A DNA stretch of 63,057 bases, from the NCBI RefSeq assembly GCF_001194135.2, contig NC_068983.1, forward strand, positions 158,772,339 through 158,835,395, in the 5' to 3' direction. This DNA is from Octopus bimaculoides (taxonomy: Eukaryota). The notes under the pieces were generated by a model. The model saw nothing but the letters and a program-made list of their open reading frames with translations. It had not been told where the DNA came from and did no database searches. Positions 23,081-63,057 of this stretch are shown piece after piece; position 1 is the stretch's first letter; each line of letters starts with the position of its first letter. Made by a program: the position numbers and the translations under genes.

Positions 23081-23454
23081 GTGGAGGCGCAATGGCCAAG
23101 TGGTTAGGGCAGCGGACTCGCGGTTTCGATTCCCAGACCGGGCATTGTGAGTGTTTATTGAGCAAAAACACCTAAAGCTCCATGAGGCTCCGGCAGGGGA
23201 TGGTGGCGAACCCTGCTGTACGCTTTCACCACAACTTTCTCTCGTTTTTTCTTTCTGTTTCTGTTGTGCCTGTAATTCAAAGGGTCAGCCTTGTCACTCT
23301 TCTGTGTCACGCTGAATCTCCCCGAGAACTACGTTAAGGGTACACCTGTCTGTGGAGTGCTCAGCCACTTGCACGTTAATTTCACGAGCAGGCTGTTCCG
23401 TTGATCGGATCAACTGGAACCCTCGACGTCGTAAGCGACGGAGTGCCAACAACA
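23081..23454 (+). mobile_element. tRNA(Arg-like)-headed SINE inserted into the tail of a family C SINE
   Basis: 11-bp TSD acaggcatgca at 23070-23080 and 23455-23465. The flanks rejoin into the family C tail (ttttagtcatt..gcaccgccttgaag..). Confidence 0.9.
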
Positions 23455-24025
23455 ACAGGCATGCAAGGGCACCGCCTTGAAGTGTTTTAGGCGAATGAAT
23501 TGACCGAAGTGTCTATTTTTTCTCTAAGCCTGCTACTTATTTTATAGGTCACTTCGGCCGAATCGTTAAGTTACGAAGACATAAACAAACCAACACCGGT
23601 TGTCCATACTCACACGTATATATAGAGCTGTATGTAAATACATATCTATATACATACTAACATACACACGTGTGTGTCCCCTAGAGGTTTGAGACTTCCA
23701 TTCACAACTTTAAGAACACGATTTCGACTTCCAGACCAGGCAGTGCATTGTATTCTTGAGCGAAACACTTCATCTCACGCTGTTGCAGTCTCAACTGTAA
23801 ATGAGAAACCGTGCGACGGGCTGGTGTCCCGTTCTGGGGAATCTTGCGATCTCGGTCACATATACGTCATGGAAACTTGAGATAGTAATGTCCAAGATAC
23901 GTGACATTTGTGAACAAACAATGAAATGATCCATCATGATGCTCTTTTTTCTTTTCTTTTTTTTTCTCCAAACATCAATAGAAAAAGTTTTATTTTAGCT
24001 ACAAGCAGGCTTTGTATTATTATTA

Positions 24026-24335
24026 TTGCCGAGTTCAAAATTCCGCTGAGGTTGATTTTGCCTTTCATCCTTTCGGGGTCAATGAAATAAGTACCAGTTA
24101 TGCACTGGGGTCGATATAATCGGCTAGCCCTCTTCCCCAAAAATTTTCAAGGTCTTGTGCCTAGAGTAGAAATTATTATTATTGCTACGTTCTGAATTCA
24201 AAATCCGCCGAGGTCGACTTTGCATTTCATCCTTTCAGTGTTGATAAATTAAGTGCCAGTTAAACACTGGGTCGATGTAATCGATTAATCCCCTCCCCAC
24301 AAATTTCAGGCCTTGTGCTTATAGTAGAAAGGATT
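24026..24335 (+). mobile_element. Two tandem truncated SINE copies (same central domain, ccc..aaatttcaggccttgtgc tail)
   Basis: gagttcaaaattccgc..gcctttcatcctttc occurs twice, at about 24030 and about 24195. Confidence 0.7.
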
Positions 24336-25559
24336 TTTTTTTTCTTTTCTTTTCTGATTCACGCTATGTTGTGCATAAACGTGCACACACACACTTTTCT
24401 AAACTACTGCAAGTCAACGATTATAGAAAAAAAAGAAAAGAAAACGTGGAGGAAAGCGGAGGAGTTAAGAATACCCTGGGAAGCAAAAGTCATAGTAATA
24501 CTAAGAGAAATTTTATAAAGATGGGACAGCACGTTCGGAGGTTGAACTATCTCGTTAATGTTAATCAGCCGAATGACCTGTCTCGGGAAGCAGTCAAGGA
24601 TGTGTGTGTGCAACTGCGGCAGCTCTGTGCTCGAAGTGGGAGCGGTGCACCATTTCGCCTGACATCTGCACAATTAGTAGCTTGGAAAAGGGTGTTGTGG
24701 GTGTGAAGAATTCCAGTATTTGACATGCAGTCTTGGCTATGTTAAGAATGCGCTTTCTCCAGGAGAGACCCTAAGTGACAGAGGGTCCTAGCATTTGAAG
24801 CGATTATGATGATTGTCTGCTGCTGCTGGTGTTTCAGCAAGATGAGATGTGATGTTGTCTCAATGTGACTGTGTCTTGATTGCAAAGAAGTCAAGATTGA
24901 CACAATCTATTTGGAAGATGCTTTTGAGGTCTCTGTTTAAGTGGTGCCCACTCTGTTACAAGAATTCAGGCCTCCAGTCTAGTGTTGTTTCTCATCAGTC
25001 TTAAAGGCCTTCAAGAATGTATTGGCATTACTCTGTTTTCAGACTTTACCATTTAAAAAAAAAAATACTATTTTCCTCTAAAATTTACACTATAGTAGTT
25101 ATTGAAGAGAAAACTAATTAAATGCCGTACTTAGGTCTGGGACCCAAGATGTATGCTGCTTCAGCCTGGGTCAATGCTGAAATTCTATCATATGATCATT
25201 TGTTATGTCAGGATATGTTTTAGTTACTCCACTCTGCAGTATTTTTAATGCACGAATTAAGACTGATAATGGCCAGTTCAGAGACGGCCAAGATAGATTC
25301 AATCAACGCAACTATCTTGATTACTGGAATGTGGGTTAACCAAAATTAAATTTAGTCTTTGTAGCTGTCATAAAATAGTCTCTGCAAGACTTACAACCTG
25401 GGGCTTCTTTTTGTTATCTTTAAAAATTTTGAACAAAATTTTGATTAAGTTACATTGGTTCTAAATTTCAAAGTCAGGCTTCATATAAACAGTTAAAAAG
25501 ATTTTAGCTGAATTAAGACATTAACTGAATTACCTAGTGAAAGTACTTATATATGTATG

Positions 25560-28061
25560 GCTATCATATTAAAGTGAATTTTGTATATTTTTTATTCATG
25601 TCACATGTCAGTTTTCTAACTTTGGATATGCCCAGCCAGTTTTTGGGATAGTAAAAAAAAAAAAATAATAAAATTGTGGGAAACAACAATTGCTACCCAT
25701 GGACAAAAATCGTGTTCCACAGTGTAATTTCTCATATTATAGAAAAAGAATGTCATTCAATTGTTCCTAGCATAACTGGTAAGTGACTCTAGAGCCAACC
25801 TCTGTGTGATTTGAAATCAGAAAAAGAAAACGATGTAATTAAAAAACCACAGGAATTTATTTTGTCTAAAATTACCATCGCTGCCAAACCTGCATTTCCA
25901 TTAATAATTCATTAATATAATTTGTTGTCGTAATATTTTTCTCTCATATAGTTTATGATTTTAAACTTATCTTTGTAGACTTCAACTGTCATTGGTACTA
26001 GCTGCAGTAGAAGTGTCTACTGATTTATTTAGCCTTATGATGACAAGTTCTTGTTCTTTGTCACTTTAAAATAAAACAAGATGTTCTATGTCCACTTATC
26101 TCACCACGGTATCCCTCACACTTTTAGAAAAACTATTCTTCAGTAACTAGTAAGCCAAGTATTTATTTTAGTAATAAAACCCACATTAACTGTATGGTGT
26201 GGGTAAGTGAGTGTTTAACAGCTGTTAAAATTAATTGGCTATCCCTTTAGCTTATCAGTTACAAATTTAGAACTTTTTGGTAAAATAAAATGTAGTGAAA
26301 CAAACCCAAATATCTAACTAATACTGACGCATACATAATCTGTTTCCATATTGGGAACCAAATGAACAAATATGGAATGAGGTAAAGTCTTCTGTGAAGA
26401 CGATGACAATGCTTGAGATGGTGTAAAAAAACAAACCAAAGAAATTTAAAATGTATACGAAGCCCAGCTGCTCTCATTCGGAAGCTTTCTCAGCATAATT
26501 ATAGCAACACATATAACATGTCAATAAGAAAAGATGTTACATAACAGGTTGAAACCATTAAGAGATAAATTCATGTCATAAAACATAAACAAAAAGGCAA
26601 AATCAAGTCATTGAGTATTAAATTATTAGAACTTAATTAAATATAATAACCAAACTGTCTTCTAAAAACATGTGATATGGATACTATAAGAAGTTCAAAC
26701 GCCAGTCTAATAAGATTCCGAATGTACCAAATATACAGTAAAAGGCCTTGATACCATTAGCAATTTATGAAGTAATATTTAGTTTGTTTATTGTCACTTA
26801 GTGCAGAGTGTTACCAGATTATCTCAGAAATACTTCCTAATAACCTTGTAACTTGTTATATAAACAACCAACCTCCAGATCTGCACAGTATTTATATGAA
26901 TACAGACACACAATTCCTTAATCCTTTGAGGAAATATAGTTTGTAACACAACTGCATCTTATTAACAAATAAATATGGTGATGATAGATGCCTATAAATT
27001 CTAATTACAAATGTAACTAGTTTAATATATATACTACTAGCTTTTTGCAACCATGCTTCTGCTACTCTATCGTCATCAACCATTAACAGTATTAACTTAT
27101 ACAATATATTACCCATTTATAAAATTTAACATAAATGATATATATATAAAGCATACAAACCCTTTTAAAATTACTGATAAAAGATTTTACTCAATATTTG
27201 AAAAGTGATGAATTTATTTGATCCAATAATTCCATACAAGTGATGCTAAATGCATTCAGACTCATCAGCTTTTTGCTTTATATAGGTAGAATATAATTCT
27301 CGAGTTCAAAAGAGAGAGTAAATTAAGGAAGGAAGCAAACCAATGCAAGAGATGTATCTTGACAGAAATGGTAACCATTTCAACAGAGCTGTATAAATGA
27401 TAGAGAAACAGATATGCACCGGACAATCTTGAGGCTGCTGAAAGGCTAAACAGTGGCACAGTGCCACCATGCATAAGAATGCAAAATCAGCTTGCCTGCA
27501 AATTGTACAGCACACACAGAAAATAGTATAAATAGAAAAAATAAAATTCAAAACATTACTGAAGCAACATTGGAGCAGGATGGAGGGAAGGCATTGTAGT
27601 TACAATAAAAAGGGATCTTGCTAGTCTTTAAGCTTTATAAAATGTTAGAAGAAAGAGAAGAAAAGAAAAGCAAAGAGAAAAGGATATATAAGCAGGATAG
27701 TGTCTTTATGTCTGTACTGAATCATTTTCAGCTTGATGTAGAACCAGCATGGATGACATACAGACCTGTCAAGAAATTACTGTCTAGCAAAATATCAATG
27801 TTGGCTTAATGATAACCAACTTTCACATGTGGTAAACAATGTTCTCAGTAAATTCTCCATTTTGTTTTTAATACAATCAATTTTTTCTGTTTTGATATAT
27901 TTTATTATTAAATTTATTAGATGATCCACAAATGAATTGTGGCAAGAAATTTTTCTCATGTTGAGTGGCAGATGAAACTGAATGTGTTTAAATCAAGTCA
28001 ACATTTGAGAAGAACGATGAGACAGGCTCTTGATGTACACCGTACTTAAAACTCATCTGAC
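25560..28061 (-). other. Probable terminal 3'UTR exon of Rap1 (3' end uncertain)
   Basis: Follows the acceptor at 28062; AT-rich and free of recognisable repeats. AATAAA on the minus strand at 27913-27918, 27901-27906, 27213-27218, 26787-26792, 26162-26167, 25856-25861 and 25591-25596. Confidence 0.5.
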
Positions 28062-29614
28062 CTGAATAAGAAAATAGAAAATGCAGTTAATATGAAGTAA
28101 AAGAAAATTTGACATTCTTAGCTACAAAATAAAACAAGTCTTAATTAACAACATCAAGAAAAATATTAAATATAAAAATGTTTTAAAACAACTTCAAAAA
28201 TCGAACCATCAAAATAAGCAACTCTATACTTGAGAAAATAATTTTCAAAATCAGAATTTCTATATTTAGATTTTCAAGAATGTTTTTGCTTTTAACTCTA
28301 AACACTAACATTAATATTAGATGTCAATAAATGGCCATTAAAACAGCCACTGGGCTTTTATCAAGTAACATAAAAATAGCTTTATTTCTGTCAGTAGCAT
28401 CTCTGTCTATCGCCCAGCAGCATTCTTATAAACCTTTACTTCCACAAGAAATCACCAGTCACACGCTCCCTTCTATTCTCTTTAACAGTCAAATTTGATT
28501 TAACATTATGCTATCTGAACATTATCAAATTTGCATGAATAAATTTCATTTCAGATTAAACTTATCTTCAAGTTAGTCTCTCCACATGAATTTATTTTCA
28601 ACTATGAAATTATGTATGTCAAGCTTCTCTTCAAAAACACCCAAATGATGGCGACAATTACAAACTCTTGGTACTTGACTCATTAGCATAAAATACAGGA
28701 TTTTAAAAAACATGTCTTTCACCGGCAATGATTCCATCAGTATGCCATGATAATGATCCCAGACATTTGAAAATGACAGAAACCATGTTAGCTTTTGAAC
28801 TTAATATTAGTAAAACCTTAGATCAATTCACATTGTCTATACTTGAAAATATATATTATACTAATGGGTATATGTTAAACACTAATATCTCTTTCTATAA
28901 ACTGGGATGGGATTTTTTCTTACTACTGTTCTCTTCAATGATTATCTATCAGTTACCATTAACCCTCTATCCACATGAAAGCAACTACTCTTTTAATACT
29001 GAATTTCTCACCTTAAACACTACAAACCTACTTCTCGTAGGCAATTTCTTACATATTTCATTGTATCTGCCAAACTTACAAGCTTCACAATCTATATACA
29101 AAAACATGTATTTTATTCAACATTTTGCTTATTACCATTTTCATAATGCAGTATATGTGTCATTAAATCTTTTTCCACTGACCTCCAGTCAATGTTAAAA
29201 TTCTATTAACTTCACTAATCTAACCCATTCTCCACACTTCACCATTCTAAGAGGGTATGTTCCCCACCTCCTTACCCCAACACATACATAAAAATAATTT
29301 CTTCAAAACAATTGTTCTGAGCAGATATTAAAATTATCTGAAAGGTTCTCAATACACTAAACTATAAAGCCCAACATAATTTCTAGAACTATAATTTGCA
29401 ATTTGATCAGTAACATTCACTACAATAATCTTGAACAACCTTGTTTCAAGAAATCCACAATTTTAAATAAAAGAGTACAGAAAGATTTCTCAAGGACAAT
29501 CATTACCAGAATCATACAAAAGTCAAAAGCAGAACAACTTTTCAAAAGGAAAGACGGTTCAGAAGCTCCAACAATTTGAATCATTAGCTTTTTATTAAAC
29601 TGATAAATACTAAC
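28062..29614 (-). other. Putative intron in the Rap1 3'UTR, starting 18 nt after the stop codon
   Basis: Donor CAG|GTTAGT at 29614. Strong acceptor ttaactgcattttctattttcttattcag|G at 28062, with a branch-like TTAAC. Confidence 0.7.
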
Positions 29615-29632
29615 CTGGATGCAAATAAAACT

Positions 29633-59123
<29,491 letters not shown>

Positions 59124-59669
59124 CGTAGATTTATAGCCTAGAAAAAATAGGAATTCATTAGGTTATTTTATTACAAAGCATCTTTAGCAATAAATCTTGT
59201 GAAAGGAAAACTAAAAAATTTGTTTTTCAATAGAATTTTGTAGATATAAAAGAATACACAACATTAACTTCTGGAAATCACTTAAATCTGTGGTTTAAAA
59301 AAAATCCATGGAATTTTAAGCAAAGTTAACAGATTTTCAGTCATGGTCTTCATCACAACATTTTTACTAAATATATATTTTCATCAAGTTTTGGTGAAAT
59401 TTTCTTTTTTTTTTTTTACAAAAATTGTTTGGGATATGTGTAAACAGGTACCTACTTAGTAAAATATTTCTTCCTAAATGCATTTTTACATACAGGTCAG
59501 CTGCATAAAGAAGTGCTGATCACTTAGAGTAGAAGAAAGTCATGGAAGAGGGAGACCCAAGAAGACATAGGATGAAGTTCTGAAGTCTCAAAATGCTGAA
59601 CTTTATGAAGGAGATGACAGCAGACCGAGATATGTGGCACATTGCTATACCTGAGAAAAAACATCCACC

Positions 59670-59945
59670 ATAAAGGAAGTGAGATCCTAAAACCAAAACG
59701 CCATATAAAAAGCACTGGTGCTGGTGACACTTAAAAAACACCTGTAATGGTGAAGCTTAAAAAACACCTGTAATGTTGCCACATAAAAAGCACTCACTAC
59801 ACTTTGTAGAGTGGTTGGCATTAAGGACATCCAGTTGTAGAAAGCAAACCAAAACAGACTATGGAACCTGGTGCAGCCCCAAGATTTACCAGTTCCTGTC
59901 AAGCCATCCAACCTATGCCAGCATGGGAAATGGATGATGAAATTA
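59670..59945 (+). mobile_element. RTE 3' end fragment with about 24-bp internal repeats
   Basis: gccacataaaaagcactcactac..agagtggttggcattaaggacatccagttgtagaaa..ccaacctatgccagcatggg. Confidence 0.75.
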
Positions 59946-60919
59946 TAGACCAGCAGTCTATGTTTCCATGTAGAATTAGCATCAAGTCTGTAGTATTTGA
60001 ACATTTTTTATTCACCATATAAGCATTACTAACTAAATTGTTTAGATTAAACATTGTAACACCTAACTATTGTTAGTCTCTGAGAAATTAGTGTCTGTGA
60101 TTTATGGGTTAGGTTGATTAGTAATATTAGCAAAAACTGGAAGAATATCAATGCTAGAGAAAAACTATACATATTTAGAAACAATCTTTAAAGAATGGAG
60201 ATATTTTATGACAACAAAAATAGCTGTTTAATGTAATAACATATAATAGCCTTCAATAAGTTGGTTGATAATGAATTCAGTTTGGGTGTAGCTCAAACTG
60301 TGAAACATGACATTACAAGGAATAAAATAATCATATTACTCTCTTACTAAGAGTGGAAATTACTGAGACAAGAGACTCTATAGAATCTAGAAGGGTTCTC
60401 AATGAAAACTTATAAATTCAATTGCCATGAGGATAGTAGAATTTAATGTTTCAGGCCTTGCCTTTAATTTAAGAGCGAGTAAAAAGGAAATAAGTGGTGT
60501 CGCTTATAATATCTAGTCTTGGAATCATTAATATTCTGTATTTGAATTTCATTGATCTTAACCTTGTCTTTCACCATTCTAATACCAATTTTATTGAGTA
60601 CTCTATCTTAGTGAAAAATATTGTAAATGCAATGAAGCAAACAGAACACAGGAGAGACAAGTTTAAACAAATACCGTTTTACTTAATACACACACACACA
60701 CATGCATACACATGAGTAAGACAACAAAGAATGACTATTGCACCACTTATTAGTTAAGTGTTTTTGCACCAATCCATTTCTAACTCCATTGCATGTAAAA
60801 AGTTATGCAATATATGTGATTACTTCAGAGGGTGCACCTCATCAGACTAGCACCAAGTTATGCATTTTATGTTGCTTATAAATGGAGGAAACTTGACAAT
60901 AAGTCATATATAGTATCAT

Positions 60920-61260
60920 TTAATGTCCCCTTTTCCATGTTGGCATGGATTGGACAGTTCAATAAGAACAGAAGAGACAAAAGGCTATGTCAGATTCTAT
61001 GTCAGTTTTGGCTTGGTTCCTACAACAGGATGCCCCTCCTAACACAAACCACCTAACAGTGTACTGGGAGCTTTTTATGTGGCATCAGCACTGGTGAGAT
61101 CACCAAGTATCAGCAAAATAAGACCTCTCAACTGAGTGGGAAGCAGAATGGAGGAATAAGAAACTATGATAGAGGAGCAGATGTCTTGCTGGAAAGGTAG
61201 ATACATGGCTTGCCCACTGGAAAGAGAGCAAGTGAGAGAGAGAAAGAGATATGAGTTCCA
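60920..61260 (-). mobile_element. Decayed RTE 3' end fragment
   Basis: catttaatgtccccttttccatgttggcatggattggacagtt..caggatgcccctcctaacac. Confidence 0.65.
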
Positions 61261-62924
61261 CGTACAAAGTGAATATGAGACAATAAGATAGAAGAGCAGA
61301 AAAGGTAGCAGTGTTGGTCAGTGCACTGAGTGAAAATAGCATGACAAATGATTAGAAATAAGGTGTGCGTGCATGCACACACATGCACAAAGAGAGGGAG
61401 AGCAACTATTTTATTTCACTGCTCTTAAAATCTTAGTTATGCAAAAAAGAGTAGCATACCTATAGGTATGGTTCTAGGTATAGCTGTGTGATAAAGCAGT
61501 TCATTTAGCAATTCGTTGGTTTGGGTTCAATCCCAATGTGCAGCAGTGTGGACATTCTTTTTTATCATAGCCTCAAACTGACCAATATCTTGCTGAAACT
61601 CATCCTATGTGTAAAGAGAGCTTTTCTCCAGGACTGAATTTTTGTGTAAGCCATTATTAGGAGTTCCATGTTCTTGACCCTTAGGTATCTATGAACATAG
61701 CTTGCCCCAATTTATGCCAGTAAAACACAGATACACACACTGCTTTTGAACTGTCTCTTGTTATTTGTTCCCAAAAAACTCTTGACACTCACTGTAAAAA
61801 ATACAGTGGACTAATGATTGGCATGTTGAAAATCTATACCAACAATACTATTGTTCACCAATTGTAATATCAAAAACATTTAGCTTTGTCCACTAAGAGC
61901 AATTTGGTTCTGGGATGAACTGAAATAACTGACTGTACCACCTCCACAAATTTTGTGGCTCTGCACCAAAGTTAAGTACAAAGCCACAAAAGTATTGTTA
62001 GTACAATACTCTAACCACTAGGCCTTTGTGTCTTCACAAAGAAATAATTATTTTACTTTGAAGTGTAACCACTTCAGAAAAGCAGAAAATTCCATGCTTG
62101 GCTCTTACTAATTTTCTTCAACTGAACATAAACACTATATTAAACCTTACTCTCTTTAATAACTCAAAATTAATCCAATGTACAAAATGATTTTTCATAG
62201 AATTTTTCCTGTATTAGCAGGTATGGAATAGTGCTGGAAATTTGGATATCTGCGTGTGAATTGTTGGCAAAACTTTTTGCAGCTGGGTGCCTTTACTAAC
62301 AAACAGTTCACATTCAACCAAGGAGTAATAACAGCAGCTATTTTCAGACAGGCAGACTAAATCAAGTAATAGATTCTGCCTAGGAACGTAGCACAGTGGT
62401 TGTATTAAATATAAACAGACGACAAAATAATTTCTAATATAGAACTAGACACAAGGAAGTGAAATTCACTTTATCTGATACAACGATTCACATAAAAATA
62501 TAAACTGCACTAAATAGTCCTGCTTTGTTAATATTTTACATCTTCAACTATCAGCAGTATTTTTTAATTCTAAACACTAAGATAATTATTTCCATCTTAT
62601 ATCAGAAAATAATATCCTACAGACTTGCTTGTGAGGTCATTTAGAAATGTTATATAATATTCAGTGAATAAGTACTTATTGGAAAGTTTTAGAAAATATG
62701 CGTCAGGGAAACTTTTTCTAAATTCCTCAACAGTAAAAAAAGTAAAAGATATGTCAGAAAGCCTTATCAAAGCAGGAAAGTATCTTGAAATATCTTAGAT
62801 GAATTCCAGCTAAACTCAATGCTGTAGTGGTCTATATCAAATGATTGTAAATCCTAACATCTGGTATTAAGTTTTGCACAATAAAAAGGAATGCAATCAA
62901 CAAATATAAAAACCACATTTCAAA

Positions 62925-63057
62925 ATGAGAGTGAAAGAGAGCGAGAGAGACAGAAAGAGAGTGAAAGAGAGAGAATGAGAGTGAAAGAGAGTGAAAGAGA
63001 GAGAATGAGAGAGAGTGAAAGAGAGAGAATGAGAGTGAAAGAGAGTGAAAGAGAGAG
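62925..63057. repeat. GA-rich compound repeat (gagagtgaaa / gagagagaat units)
   Basis: Directly visible; runs off the end of the window. Confidence 0.9.

Noticed and set aside
59138-63057. Rap1 promoter / first non-coding exon
   Set aside because: No CpG-rich or motif-rich region and no convincing donor found; it probably lies beyond the window.

Overview
This is eukaryotic, AT-rich, microsatellite- and repeat-dense draft genomic DNA with six N gaps. The SINE/RTE repertoire and microsatellite load point to an Octopus genome (inferred, not proven). One host gene is clearly supported: a complete Rap1 small-GTPase coding sequence on the minus strand. It has six coding exons (59067-59123, 40413-40481, 39426-39482, 34306-34446, 32253-32393, 29633-29725), all introns are phase 0 and GT-AG, and the protein is 185 aa ending RKKSSNCVLL. 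The gene probably has an intron just after the stop codon, a repeat-free 3'UTR of up to about 3 kb, and a non-coding first exon beyond the right edge of the window. The rest is a layered graveyard of transposons: mariner, maT/DD37D, Tc1, Tc2-like MITEs, hAT, CRE, RTE, CR1/L2, several tRNA-derived SINE families, and a SAP+SWIM-encoding element. Many insertions are nested and have readable target-site duplications. The best leads are (1) a strongly splice-flanked 25-nt frameshifting 'poison' exon candidate in Rap1 intron 2; (2) a 12-nt in-frame microexon candidate in intron 5; (3) two sets of inverted repeats in Rap1 intron 1 that would form long dsRNA (a head-to-head SINE pair and an unidentified 327-bp element at about 97.5% identity); and (4) the SAP-SWIM element. 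All identifications were made by eye, without database searches.
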